Of a stretch of 64,000 bases of DNA, positions 48,145 through 59,125 are shown one piece after another. Every line of letters begins with the position of its first letter. The stretch's first letter is position 1. Source of the DNA: an uncultured delta proteobacterium (GTDB lineage: Bacteria; Desulfobacterota; Desulfobacteria; Desulfobacterales; JAHEIW01). Both the position numbers and the translations under genes were made by a program. Below the pieces are notes generated by a model. The model saw only the letters and a program-made list of their open reading frames with translations, did not search any database and was not told the DNA's origin. The DNA is taken from the NCBI GenBank assembly GCA_963706575.1, contig CAVPNL010000012.1:205072-269071 (forward strand), given 5' to 3'.

Positions 48145-51100
48145 ATGAAAACACAGTCGATTCGGGTCAAAGGTGCCCGGCAGCATAATCTGAAAAATCT
48201 TGATATCGAAATCCCGCTGAACCGCATTACGGTGGTAACCGGGGTCAGCGGTTCCGGCAAGTCTTCTCTGGCCTTTGATACGCTCTATGCCGAAGGCCAG
48301 CGCCGCTACGTGGAAACGTTTTCACCCTATGCCCGCCAATTCATGGATCGCATGGACCGGCCCCAGGTGGATAAAATCGAAGGCATCCCGCCGGCCATTG
48401 CCATCGACCGCAAAGATCCGGTTCGAACCTCGCGGTCGACGGTCGGCACCATGACTGAAATTACGGATTATGTCAAACTTTTATATGCCCGGCTGGGACA
48501 ACTCCATTGTAAATCGTGTGGCCAACCGGTCATACCCGAAACACCGGCGCACGTTTGGGATTTTTTAGAACGCCAGTCGGCCGGCGGCCAGATCGTTATC
48601 ACTTTTCCGTATCGGCTGGAGGCTGCGCCCTTCAAAGAAGTGCGTCAACTTCTTATGCAAATGGGCTTTGACCGACTTTACCTCGACGGCCGCATTACCC
48701 ATCTGGAAGAATGGCAGCCGGCGAAACGGCCAATAGAAATTCCGGTCCTGGCCGACCGCGTGATCCTGCGCGCCAAAGAGCGCGAGCGCATCCTGGACTC
48801 ACTCGAATTGGCCTACCGCTTTGGCGGCGGACGGCTGGATGTCTGGATCCCGCCGGACGGCCACCAGGCCTTCAGCAATCAACTGGAATGTGCCGATTGC
48901 AAAATCAAATACAACACGCCCATGCCGAATCTTTTCTCATTCAACAGCCCGCTGGGCGCCTGCGACACCTGCCGGGGATTCGGCCGCACCATCGGTATCG
49001 ATCTGGACCTGATTATTCCGGATCCCTCGCGTTCACTGGAAGACGGCGCCATCAAGCCCTTCGGAGCGAAAGAAAACGGGCGCATGGAGTTTGATGACCT
49101 GATGGATTTTTGCCGGCGCCGCCGGATTCCGATGCGGGTCCCGTTTCAACACTTAAAGGCGGCGCACAAAAAGGCAATTATCGAGGGCACGTCGACCTAT
49201 TACGGCATCCACGGCTTTTTCCGCTGGCTGGAAACCAGAACCTATAAAATGCCGGTGCGGGTATTTCTTTCGCGCTACCGCAGCTATGACGTCTGCCCGG
49301 ATTGCGACGGCACCCGTTTCAAAGACGAATCCCTGCTTTATCAACTGGCCGGCCGCACGATCGCCCAGGTATACCGAGGTAATGTGGATCAGACCCTCGA
49401 TTTTTTCAAAACGCTCAAGATTGCGGCCCGGGATGAAGCCGGCCTGCTGGTGCTGCAGGAAGTCCGTAACCGCCTGGCCTATTTAAGAGATGTCGGCCTG
49501 GGCTACCTGACCCTTGACCGGCAATCACGCACCCTGTCCGGCGGTGAGGTCCAGCGGGTAGCACTGGCCTCGTCCCTGGGGTCTTCTCTGGTCAATACGC
49601 TATATGTGCTGGATGAACCCAGTATCGGGCTTCACCCGCGTGACAATCACCGGCTGATTCGTATTTTAAAAGGGCTGCGCAATCTGTCCAATACCGTGGT
49701 GGTTGTCGAGCATGACCCCGAAATAATACGTGAAAGCGATTTTCTGCTGGATCTCGGGCCCCGGGCCGGAGAAAGCGGCGGCGAGGTCATGTATTTCGGC
49801 CCCACCGCAAATGTCAACGGCTCCCTGACCGGCCAATATTTAAAAGGCGAACGCCGGATTCCCGTTAGAGAAACGCGGCGCCGTCCTCAAAAAGACCGAT
49901 GGATTACGATAAAAAATGCGGCCGAAAATAATTTGAAAGACATCGATGTCCGCATTCCCCTGGGATTGTTTGTCTGTCTCACGGGCGTATCCGGATCGGG
50001 CAAATCGACCCTGGCCGAAGAAATTCTTTATAAAGCGGCCAAACGGGCGCTGGGCGATCCCCTAGATCGACCCGGCCGGCACAAAAAAATCACAGGGATC
50101 CATAACATCGATGATGTCGTCCTGGTGGATCAGCGCTCCATCGGTCGAACGCCCAGAGCCAATGCCCTGACCTACACCAAAGCGCTGGATCCCATTCGCA
50201 AGCTGCTGGCGCAGACCGATGCTGCCAGAGCCAAAAACTTCGGGCCGGGTTATTTTTCATTCAATGTTTCCGACGGGCGCTGTGAGACTTGCAACGGAGA
50301 CGGATTCGAAAAGGTTGAAATGCAGTTTCTTTCCGATGTCTATATCACCTGCCCCGATTGCAGGGGCAAACGCTTTAAAGAAACCGTATTGGAAATCACC
50401 TATCAGGGCAAAAACATACACGACCTTTTGAACCTGACCGTCAATCAGGCCCTTGAATTTTTTCAGGATCATCATAAAATTATCGCCGCTTTACAGCCGC
50501 TGGCGGATGTCGGCCTCGGCTACATTCGCCTGGGCCAGCCCATCAATACGCTGTCCGGCGGCGAAGCCCAGCGCCTGAAACTTTCGCGCCACGTAAAGCT
50601 CAACGGCCACGGGGACGCCCGCAGACTGTTTATCTTTGATGAGCCCACCACCGGCCTGCATTTCGACGACATCGGCAAACTGCTTACGGCCCTGCAGCAA
50701 CTGGTGGATGGTGGAAATACGGTTTTGGTCATCGAACACAACATGGATGTGATCAAGACCGCGGACTGGGTCATCGATCTGGGGCCCGAAGGCGGCGACA
50801 ACGGTGGCCGGGTGGTGGCCAGCGGACCTCCCGAAAAAATCGCTCAAAAAAATAATTCGCACACCGGGCGGTTTTTAAAAGTATACCTGGATGGAAGCGG
50901 GCGCCTGAAACGGAAGAAATCAGGGCCGGTCGGGATTGCCGAATCTGTTTCCGGCTTTTCGGTTTCGCAGCCCCCCGGTACGATTGCGTTAAAAGGCGCC
51001 CGGGAACACAATCTAAAAGACATCGATCTGACCGTTCCTCAAAACGAACTGGTGGTGCTGACCGGCGTATCCGGATCGGGCAAATCCACTCTGGCCTTTG

Positions 51101-53466
51101 ACATTCTTTTTGCAGAGGGCCAGCGCCGATATCTGGAAAGCCTGGCCCCCTACGTTCGTCAATATATGAAAATCCTGGAACGGCCGGATGTCGATCTGGT
51201 CACGGGCCTGGCGCCGACGGTGGCCATCGAACAGCGCATCAGTCATTCCAGCCGACGATCCACGGTGGCGACCCTTACCGAAATTTATCATTTCCTCAGG
51301 CTGTTATTCAGCAAACTGGGCGCCCAACATTGTACGGGATGCGGGCGCCGGCTGACCGCCCAGACCCGGGCAACCATCGTCAAACAGCTCCGCAAACGCT
51401 ATTCGAAAAAAGCAGCCACCGTGCTGGCAACCAAGGTTTTCGGACGCAAAGGATTTCATAAGGACGTACTTGCCCGGGCGTTGAAAAAAGGATTTAAGAA
51501 AGCCCGCATCGACGCTAAAATGGTTGCGCTTAAAGAAGGCATGGCCCTCAGCCGTTACCACGAGCATACGATCGAGCTGGTCATCGGGCGTCTTCCATCA
51601 AACAATCTCGATCAGCTGATCGCTGAGGCCCTCAAAGAGGGTAACGGCAGCCTCATCCTCATGGATCGCCGCGGCAACGAAGAAATTTTCAGCCTTTCCG
51701 GTATCTGCCCGACCTGCGGTATCGGTTTGGAGCAGCTGGATCCCCGCCTGTTCTCTTTTAACAGCAAACAGGGCGCCTGCACCCATTGCGGCGGATTAGG
51801 CGTAACCGGCGACACGGAAGCCGAAGATGAAGAACCCGTCGAAACCACGGTATGCGATGATTGCGGCGGCAGCCGCCTCAAACCCCAGGCCCTGGCGGTA
51901 AAGGTCGGCGGGCATTCCATCTGGGACCTGGTGCAGCGGCCGGCGCGCGATATATTTGAGATCATCAAAAAATTCAAATTCAACGCAAAGCAAAAACCGG
52001 TGGCCGAACCGGTTGTTGCCGAAATATTGAGCCGTCTGTCTTTGTTGAATCAGCTGGGTCTGTCTTACCTTTCTCTGGCACGCAGCGGCGATACGCTGTC
52101 CGGCGGAGAGGCCCAGCGGGTTCGCCTTGCGGCCCAGCTGGGTTCCAATCTTACCGGCGTTTGCTATATTCTCGACGAACCCACCATCGGGCTGCACGCC
52201 CGCGATAACCGCATCCTGATCGATGCCTTGCAAACCCTGCGGGATCGCGGCAACAGCATCCTGGTTGTCGAGCATGATGAGGAAACCATTCGCGCAGCAG
52301 ATACCATCATCGACCTGGGGCCCGGCGCCGGCCAGGACGGTGGCCGTGTCGTCGCAACCGGAACACTGGCGAATCTGAAAAAAGTCAAATCTTCAATTAC
52401 CGGCGCACTGCTTGACGGGCAGCCCAGAAAAATTGAATCTCAACCCAGATCCTGCGAGAATACGCAGCGCGTTAGCGTTCAGGGCGCAACCACCAACAAC
52501 CTCAAAAACATCCGCGTAGATTTTCCCCTGGGCCGCTTGATTTGTGTAACCGGTGTTTCGGGCTCGGGGAAATCTTCCTTGCTGAAGGAAACCCTGTATA
52601 AGGGATTGCGCAACCGGCTGTTGGAAAAGCAATATCTGGCCGGGGCCTGTAAAGACATTAAAGGCTGGCGTCATCTTGCGCGAGTCCTGGAAGTCGATCA
52701 CAGCCCCATCGGCCGCACACCGCGTTCGGTTCCGGCATCCTACGTCGGCTTTTTAGCCGACATCCGCAAATTGTTTTCCATGACGCCGGCTGCCAGAGCC
52801 AGAGGCTATAAACCTGGCCGCTTTTCATTCAATGTGGCCGAGGGCCGCTGCGATGCCTGCAAAGGCCAGGGGCGGCCCAAGGTCGAAATGAGCTTTTTGC
52901 CGGATGTCTACGTGCTCTGTGACGTTTGCCGGGGCAAACGCTACAACAAAGAAACCCGGGCGGTTCAGTATAAAGGAAAAAATATCGCCGATGTTCTGGA
53001 AATGACATTTGCGGAGGCCGTGCGTTTTTTTTCGGCCGTGCCGGTTATCCGGCGCGCGGTGCAATTCGTCTGTGATGTCGGGCTGGGATATCTATGCCTG
53101 GGGCAACCCAGCCCCACCCTGTCAGGTGGTGAGGCCCAGCGTATAAAACTGGCGAAGCAATTGGTGAAACGCACAAACGGGCATACCCTGTATGTTTTGG
53201 ATGAGCCCACCACCGGATTGCACCTGGCCGACATTCAGCGGCTGATCAGCGTTCTCCAGGCACTGGTGGATGAAGGCAATACCGTGGCGATTATTGAACA
53301 CAACATGGAAATTATCAGGCAAGCCGACCATATCATCGATCTGGGCCCCGAAGGCGGTGATGACGGCGGCCGCGTGGTGGCGACCGGGTCGCCGCAGGAG
53401 CTTTTAAAGCATAACGTCAGATCCCACACCGCCAGATGTTTTGCTAAATACCTTAAAGGGCGCTAA
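48145..53466 (+). CDS. uvrA: Double-length UvrA-family excinuclease subunit
   Basis: Four GVSGSGKS Walker A and four LSGGE/DEP motifs; two complete UvrA units. Confidence 0.92.
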   Translation: MKTQSIRVKGARQHNLKNLDIEIPLNRITVVTGVSGSGKSSLAFDTLYAEGQRRYVETFSPYARQFMDRMDRPQVDKIEGIPPAIAIDRKDPVRTSRSTVGTMTEITDYVKLLYARLGQLHCKSCGQPVIPETPAHVWDFLERQSAGGQIVITFPYRLEAAPFKEVRQLLMQMGFDRLYLDGRITHLEEWQPAKRPIEIPVLADRVILRAKERERILDSLELAYRFGGGRLDVWIPPDGHQAFSNQLECADCKIKYNTPMPNLFSFNSPLGACDTCRGFGRTIGIDLDLIIPDPSRSLEDGAIKPFGAKENGRMEFDDLMDFCRRRRIPMRVPFQHLKAAHKKAIIEGTSTYYGIHGFFRWLETRTYKMPVRVFLSRYRSYDVCPDCDGTRFKDESLLYQLAGRTIAQVYRGNVDQTLDFFKTLKIAARDEAGLLVLQEVRNRLAYLRDVGLGYLTLDRQSRTLSGGEVQRVALASSLGSSLVNTLYVLDEPSIGLHPRDNHRLIRILKGLRNLSNTVVVVEHDPEIIRESDFLLDLGPRAGESGGEVMYFGPTANVNGSLTGQYLKGERRIPVRETRRRPQKDRWITIKNAAENNLKDIDVRIPLGLFVCLTGVSGSGKSTLAEEILYKAAKRALGDPLDRPGRHKKITGIHNIDDVVLVDQRSIGRTPRANALTYTKALDPIRKLLAQTDAARAKNFGPGYFSFNVSDGRCETCNGDGFEKVEMQFLSDVYITCPDCRGKRFKETVLEITYQGKNIHDLLNLTVNQALEFFQDHHKIIAALQPLADVGLGYIRLGQPINTLSGGEAQRLKLSRHVKLNGHGDARRLFIFDEPTTGLHFDDIGKLLTALQQLVDGGNTVLVIEHNMDVIKTADWVIDLGPEGGDNGGRVVASGPPEKIAQKNNSHTGRFLKVYLDGSGRLKRKKSGPVGIAESVSGFSVSQPPGTIALKGAREHNLKDIDLTVPQNELVVLTGVSGSGKSTLAFDILFAEGQRRYLESLAPYVRQYMKILERPDVDLVTGLAPTVAIEQRISHSSRRSTVATLTEIYHFLRLLFSKLGAQHCTGCGRRLTAQTRATIVKQLRKRYSKKAATVLATKVFGRKGFHKDVLARALKKGFKKARIDAKMVALKEGMALSRYHEHTIELVIGRLPSNNLDQLIAEALKEGNGSLILMDRRGNEEIFSLSGICPTCGIGLEQLDPRLFSFNSKQGACTHCGGLGVTGDTEAEDEEPVETTVCDDCGGSRLKPQALAVKVGGHSIWDLVQRPARDIFEIIKKFKFNAKQKPVAEPVVAEILSRLSLLNQLGLSYLSLARSGDTLSGGEAQRVRLAAQLGSNLTGVCYILDEPTIGLHARDNRILIDALQTLRDRGNSILVVEHDEETIRAADTIIDLGPGAGQDGGRVVATGTLANLKKVKSSITGALLDGQPRKIESQPRSCENTQRVSVQGATTNNLKNIRVDFPLGRLICVTGVSGSGKSSLLKETLYKGLRNRLLEKQYLAGACKDIKGWRHLARVLEVDHSPIGRTPRSVPASYVGFLADIRKLFSMTPAARARGYKPGRFSFNVAEGRCDACKGQGRPKVEMSFLPDVYVLCDVCRGKRYNKETRAVQYKGKNIADVLEMTFAEAVRFFSAVPVIRRAVQFVCDVGLGYLCLGQPSPTLSGGEAQRIKLAKQLVKRTNGHTLYVLDEPTTGLHLADIQRLISVLQALVDEGNTVAIIEHNMEIIRQADHIIDLGPEGGDDGGRVVATGSPQELLKHNVRSHTARCFAKYLKGR

Positions 53467-53514
53467 AATTGGTGTCGGGATTCGGGTGTCAGTCAGATGG
53501 CAGGTGTTACACCC

Positions 53515-53610
53515 TGTTTAATTGGTTTGATTGGTTTAATTTGTTCAATTGGTTCGGATTAAGCCAACCAATGCAACCAATGAAACAAATAAAACGAATC
53601 GAACAAATGA
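53515..53610. repeat. Mirrored 9-mer repeats (ATTGGTT/AACCAAT)
   Basis: TTTAATTGGTTTGATTGGTTT... versus ...AACCAATGCAACCAATGAAACAAAT. Confidence 0.6.
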
Positions 53611-53653
53611 TTGAGCCCCTGAACCTTTGAACCAGATGGAGGAAGATGAGCCA

Positions 53654-54475
53654 ATGAAAAAACTGACCCTGGCAGTGGTCCAGTTCACCCCCGAATTCGG
53701 AGAGAAGCAAAAAAACATTTCCCGCATGCGGGAAATGGTCGAAGATGTGAGCGCAGATATCATTGTGTTTCCGGAGCTGTGCACCACCGGTTATTTCTTT
53801 CAGTCCCGCGCAGAGGTCGCCAAAGCGGCTGAGCCCGTCGACGGACCCGGCGGCGAATTCTTCCGGGACATGGCCCGGGATAAAAATGCGGTGGTGGTGG
53901 CCGGTTTCGCCGAGCGCCATCAAAAGAACCTTTATAACGCCTGTCTGATCGTAGTTCCGGAAGAGAAAAATCCATATGTTTATCGCAAAACGCACCTCTT
54001 TTATAAAGAAAAGGCTTGCTTTGACCCGGGAGACAGCGGCTTTTTTGTCGTTGAGGACAAAAAACGGGATGTCCGTATCGGGCCGATGGTCTGCTACGAC
54101 TGGCGGTTTCCGGAATCGGCCCGGGTGCTGACCCTGCTGGGTGCCGACCTGATCGTCTGCCCGGCCAATTTGGTTACCGAGGCCTGGCGCCGGGTAATGC
54201 CCGCCCGTGCGATCGAAAACAATGTCTATCTGGCAGTGGCCAATCGGGCCGGCCTGGAAAAAAGAAAGGGCGAAGAATTGCGTTTTAAAGGCAATTCCGC
54301 CATTTATGATCTTAGCGGCCAGGAAATAACAGAAGCCGGAGAAGAGAAAGATGAAGTTTTGCTGGCCGAAATTTACCCCTCAAAAACACGCGATAAATCT
54401 TTTAACGCCATCAATGATGTTCTAGCCGACAGGCAACCGCAGCACTATGGACCGCTGACAAGAATTGTAAAATGA
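53654..54475 (+). CDS. Nitrilase-superfamily carbon-nitrogen hydrolase
   Basis: FPE, YRKTHL, VCYDWRFPE catalytic triad. Confidence 0.92.
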   Translation: MKKLTLAVVQFTPEFGEKQKNISRMREMVEDVSADIIVFPELCTTGYFFQSRAEVAKAAEPVDGPGGEFFRDMARDKNAVVVAGFAERHQKNLYNACLIVVPEEKNPYVYRKTHLFYKEKACFDPGDSGFFVVEDKKRDVRIGPMVCYDWRFPESARVLTLLGADLIVCPANLVTEAWRRVMPARAIENNVYLAVANRAGLEKRKGEELRFKGNSAIYDLSGQEITEAGEEKDEVLLAEIYPSKTRDKSFNAINDVLADRQPQHYGPLTRIVK

Positions 54476-54635
54476 TGTCTATACTGCTATAATAAAAGAT
54501 TGACTTTAAAACCTCATCTGGTGTCCGATGGTCCGCTTCTGGCGGATTATGCTCGACGCGACTGAATTTTCGGCCCGTGCTTTCCTATATCTGAACGGCC
54601 AACCATATATAACAAAGACTCGGGGAGTTTTTTCC

Positions 54636-54706
54636 GTCATGCCCGCGCAGGCGGGCATCCAGTTTTTTGCAACTCATTTTTGGATTCCCGCCTTCGCGGG
54701 AATGAC
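54636..54706. repeat. REP-like inverted pair
   Basis: GTCATGCCCGCGCAGGCGGGCATCCA...TGGATTCCCGCCTTCGCGGGAATGAC. Confidence 0.8.
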
Positions 54707-54755
54707 AAGCTTGATAGGAAAAAAGCTCCAACCAATAAATTAATTAGGTGAAAAT

Positions 54756-57164
54756 ATGCCGAAGAAATTTGAGCTGGACGTATCGGATTTAAGGCTGATT
54801 TGCGATCCAAAAATCTTCAAGTTCAAAAACACATCTGAAGTTAAGCCGCTGGATACGGTGATCGGACAGGAGCGCGCTGTCCAGGCAATTGACTTTGGTT
54901 TGAACATGCAGGACCCCGGTTACAATATTTTTGTCACCGGTCTGGCCAGCACCGGCAAATCCACGATTGTCAGAGATCTGGTGAACAAACACGCCAAAAA
55001 TCTACCGACCCCCCTTGACCTATGCCTCGTCAATAATTTCAAAGATGAATTCCGCCCCAGAGCCATCGCGGTAACGCCGGGCAAAGCCATTCATTTCAAA
55101 AAGAAAATGAGCCGGGCCGTCGAAGGATTGAAAAAAGAGCTGCCCGCGGTATTTGAAGATGAAGGCTATTTAAAAAAATTATCCAAAATTAAAAACAAAC
55201 ATTCTGAAAAGCTCAATAATCTTTTTGACAAACTTCAAGCTTATGCCGCCAAAAAAAATCTGTACATCGAGCAGACCGAAACCGATTTCCAAACCATCCC
55301 GGTGGTTAACGGTCAACCGATTACACCTGAAGAGTTCAATTCCCTGCCGGACAACGTCAAGATTAAAATCGAGGAAAACCTGCGGTCGATTCAGACAAAA
55401 ATCGAAGCCACCGCCGTGGACATGGATAAAAACAACCTGGCCCTGCACGCAAGCATTGAAAAGCTGATGGATGAGTGCGCCTTGTCGGTGGTAAAAAAGC
55501 GGCTGGATCCGATCAGAAAGGAATTCAAGGACAATCAGGCGATTGTTGAACACCTCAACAGAGTTCAGGAGCATATCGTTGAGAATTTCAACCTTTTTAT
55601 CCCGGCAGATAAAACCGAACAGCAACCGGAGAGCCCGGCGCCCCGTAACGCGGAAGCGTCTTTTCAGCAATACAAAGTCAACGTATTGGTCGATAACGAG
55701 TCCACAAAAGGCGCGCCGGTTATCTTTGAAACCAACCCGACATATTACAATGTCTTCGGCCGTATCGAAAAGCGCGCCTTCATGGGAACCGTCAACACGG
55801 ATTTTAACATGGTGCAGGCCGGCTCCGTGCTGAACGCCAACGGCGGATTTTTGATTATAGAAATCGATTCGGTTATTATGAACCCTTACGTCTGGGAGGC
55901 CCTCAAAAGAACACTGCGAACCAAATGCCTGCAAATTGAAGATATCCCGGAAGAAACGGGTTTCGGCACCACCTCACTCAAACCGGAACCCATTCCGCTG
56001 GACGTCAAGGTGATCCTGCTGGGCAGCTATGAAATCTTTGAAGTCATTCAGAACGAAGATCCCAGATTTAACAAAATATTTAAAGTGCGAGCGGATTTTG
56101 ATTCGGAAGTGGATCGAACCCCGCGCACCATCCAGCAATATGCCCGCTTTATTGCCCGGGTTTGCCGGGAGGAAAAATTGCTGCCCTTCACCCCCAAAGG
56201 TGTCGCCCTCATGGTGGAGTATGGCGAAAAATATGTTTCCAGCAAACATAAGCTGTCCATTCGATTTGGTCCCATCCTGGGGATCCTCAAAGAGGCGGAT
56301 TACTGGGCCCGCAAGAGCAACGCCCGCCAGGTAACGCATAAACACATCGTCAAAGCATTTAACGATCATCGCTTCCGCCACAATCTATATGAACAAAAAA
56401 TGCATGAATCCTATCTGGATAACAGCATCATGATCGATGTGAGCGGCGGGGTGATCGGGCAGGTAAATGCCCTGGCGGTTTACCAGATCGGCGAACTCTC
56501 TTTTGGCCGGCCGGCGCGCATCACGGCCGAAACCTATATGGGAAAACAGGGCGTCGTAAATATCGAACGCGAGGTGGAACTCAGCGGTAGCACGCACGAT
56601 AAAGGGGTTTTGATTTTATCCGGATATCTTGGTAGAACGTTTGCCCAGCATTATCCGCTGAGTCTGTCGATCAGCATCACCTTCGAGCAAAGTTATTTCG
56701 GCATCGATGGCGACAGCGCATCATCGACCGAACTGTATGCCATTCTCTCCAGTCTGGCGGATATGCCCATCAAGCAGGGAATTGCCGTTACCGGATCGGT
56801 GAACCAGAAAGGAAAAATACAGGCCATCGGAGATGTCAACCATAAGGTTGAGGGATTTTTTGAGGTTTGCAAAGAAAAAGGCATGAACGGCCAACAGGGT
56901 GTCATGATTCCGGCTGCCAACACCCAAAATTTGATGCTCAAAAAAGAAGTAATCGACGCCGTCAAACAAAACAAATTCCACATCTATCGGGTCTCCTCGG
57001 TTGAAGAAGGCATCGAGATCCTGACCGGCGTACCGGCCGGCAAACCCAACAAAAAGGGAATTTATCCGGCAGGAACCGTGTACGGCGCAGTCCAGAAAAA
57101 ATTAAAATACTACCTGGAGCGCTACCGGAAAATAAAAAAGGAATTTGAAGATCCGGAAGAATAA
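54756..57164 (+). CDS. Lon-like (LonC/AAA_32 + Lon_C) ATP-dependent protease
   Basis: IGQERA, GLASTGKST, ANGG, FEQSY..IDGDSAS, TGSVNQKG, NHKVEGFF. Confidence 0.9.
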   Translation: MPKKFELDVSDLRLICDPKIFKFKNTSEVKPLDTVIGQERAVQAIDFGLNMQDPGYNIFVTGLASTGKSTIVRDLVNKHAKNLPTPLDLCLVNNFKDEFRPRAIAVTPGKAIHFKKKMSRAVEGLKKELPAVFEDEGYLKKLSKIKNKHSEKLNNLFDKLQAYAAKKNLYIEQTETDFQTIPVVNGQPITPEEFNSLPDNVKIKIEENLRSIQTKIEATAVDMDKNNLALHASIEKLMDECALSVVKKRLDPIRKEFKDNQAIVEHLNRVQEHIVENFNLFIPADKTEQQPESPAPRNAEASFQQYKVNVLVDNESTKGAPVIFETNPTYYNVFGRIEKRAFMGTVNTDFNMVQAGSVLNANGGFLIIEIDSVIMNPYVWEALKRTLRTKCLQIEDIPEETGFGTTSLKPEPIPLDVKVILLGSYEIFEVIQNEDPRFNKIFKVRADFDSEVDRTPRTIQQYARFIARVCREEKLLPFTPKGVALMVEYGEKYVSSKHKLSIRFGPILGILKEADYWARKSNARQVTHKHIVKAFNDHRFRHNLYEQKMHESYLDNSIMIDVSGGVIGQVNALAVYQIGELSFGRPARITAETYMGKQGVVNIEREVELSGSTHDKGVLILSGYLGRTFAQHYPLSLSISITFEQSYFGIDGDSASSTELYAILSSLADMPIKQGIAVTGSVNQKGKIQAIGDVNHKVEGFFEVCKEKGMNGQQGVMIPAANTQNLMLKKEVIDAVKQNKFHIYRVSSVEEGIEILTGVPAGKPNKKGIYPAGTVYGAVQKKLKYYLERYRKIKKEFEDPEE

Positions 57165-57592
57165 GACCGCTCTTAATTTACATACAAGTCCTTCCGATCA
57201 GAAACCAATCCATAAAGCCTCAAAATTTCATATTACGTCAGCACATCCAACGAATTCTTGCTCCCTCCAAATTTTACATTCAGGCACGAAACCTACAATT
57301 CAAGCTCTTGCAAAATACTGTGGAATGCCATATGCAATATCTAATGGCCAAATCGAGCACATACAATATATTGGGGGGAGAATAAAATCAGGTTTGGAAA
57401 TGATTCACAACCTGAGTTGCATGTATGCAAACCTTATCCAGATTAATTTGACTGGTTTATATTTGTATAGTCTAGCAAGATAGGTCGGGATTTTTATAGC
57501 AAGCATTAAATTGTAGGCAGATCCATTGCGTATCGCAACCCAGCCCCAAATTGGTTTTAACGTTATCACAAATATTCCCTGAATCGAGGTAT

Positions 57593-59125
57593 ATGGTTAA
57601 AGCTAACATGTTTCAAAGAATTGCCGATCTATGCCAGCCCGCCATCCAGCTTACCAAAGGTATCATCCTCATCTTGGATCTGGATGGAAAGATTATCAGT
57701 TTTAATGAATTTATGGAGTCAGCCACGGGATATTCGTATTCAGAGCTCACCCAAAAAAATTGGTTTGATCTGCTTCTGCCCGAGAAGGAAAAGAACTCGG
57801 CAAAGCGATATTTTCGGCGGTTCATTCTTAGAGGCAAGTCGCCAATAAATATTGTCACTAGGATAATTACCCGTGCCGGCGGAGAACGCTTTATCGAATG
57901 GCACTACAAGCGACTTGAGGATGACGCATCGGGAGTTGTCACCGGGTTGTTGGCAATCGGTCAGGATGTATCCGAGCGTGTTGAACAGCAAAAGCAGCTC
58001 TTGAATGAGCGAAATCAACTGATCGAAAGAAACAAGGAACTTACCTGCCTTTATAGCATGGCAAAGATTGTGGGGCAAAACAAGCCGCTTCCCCAAATGC
58101 TGGATTCCATCGCCGCTATTATTCCCCCGGCGTTTCAATATCCGGAGATCACTACCTCCATTATCCGCTTGGATCAGCATTCCTATGGTAGTCGGGATAC
58201 GGCAATAGCTGGGCCTACCCTGACCGAAAGCCTGGTTATCCAGAGGATTCGGCGGGGAAACATAGAGGTAATTTACTCATCTCCAAAAAATGGTCTCAAA
58301 ACGAGTAAAACTCCCTTTCTCGATGAAGAGCGCGCCCTCCTGAAAAACATTGCTCACCATCTTTCACTGGCGATCGAAAAAAAGGAGGCGCTCGATATTA
58401 AAGCCGAGATGGAAAATCAGCTGCGGCACTCAGATCGACTGGCAAAAATCGGTCAGTTGACTGCCGGTGTGGCTCACGAACTAAATGAACCTCTTGGAAA
58501 TATCCTTGGTTTTGCCCAACTATCGTCAAAGGTTACTGATCTTCCAGAACAAGTCTATAGTGATCTGGACAATATTGTTAAAGCAGCTTTGCATGCCAGG
58601 GAAGTCATTAAAAAACTAATGTTTTTCAGTCGTCAGACCCCGCCGCGGGAAACCCTGGTGAATCTGAATCGACTCATTGAAGACGGTATTTATCTGTTTG
58701 AGTCACGATGTGCTAAGAATGGAATTATAGTGACAAAAAAACTTTACCAGGATTTACCGGCCATAAAAGCCGATATGTCCCAGTTGCAGCAGGTTTTTAC
58801 CAACCTGATCGTCAATGCGCTTCAGGCCATGCCTGAAGAAGGTAAGCTGTGCATTGAAACCTCGTCTGACGAAAACCATGTTTACATGCTGGTTCAGGAC
58901 TCCGGTATCGGTATGACTGAGGAAACATTGAAACAAATTTTTCTGCCGTTTTTTACAACCAAGGACATCAAACAGGGAACCGGTCTGGGGCTTTCTGTGG
59001 TTCACGGCCTCGTTAAGTCCCATGGCGGCAGTATTGACGTGGAGAGCCGTATCGGACATGGTTCCTGCTTCCGGATCAAATTTCCACTGAGAGGGTTATC
59101 CCCGGAGGAAAAGAATGAATCATAA
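57593..59125 (+). CDS. PAS-domain sensor histidine kinase
   Basis: PAS domain; AHELNEPL H-box, NLIVNA, DSGIGM, FFTTK, GTGLGL. Confidence 0.92.
   Translation: MVKANMFQRIADLCQPAIQLTKGIILILDLDGKIISFNEFMESATGYSYSELTQKNWFDLLLPEKEKNSAKRYFRRFILRGKSPINIVTRIITRAGGERFIEWHYKRLEDDASGVVTGLLAIGQDVSERVEQQKQLLNERNQLIERNKELTCLYSMAKIVGQNKPLPQMLDSIAAIIPPAFQYPEITTSIIRLDQHSYGSRDTAIAGPTLTESLVIQRIRRGNIEVIYSSPKNGLKTSKTPFLDEERALLKNIAHHLSLAIEKKEALDIKAEMENQLRHSDRLAKIGQLTAGVAHELNEPLGNILGFAQLSSKVTDLPEQVYSDLDNIVKAALHAREVIKKLMFFSRQTPPRETLVNLNRLIEDGIYLFESRCAKNGIIVTKKLYQDLPAIKADMSQLQQVFTNLIVNALQAMPEEGKLCIETSSDENHVYMLVQDSGIGMTEETLKQIFLPFFTTKDIKQGTGLGLSVVHGLVKSHGGSIDVESRIGHGSCFRIKFPLRGLSPEEKNES

Noticed and set aside
55179..55934. 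251-aa minus-strand ORF
   Set aside because: Antisense shadow of the Lon-like protease gene.
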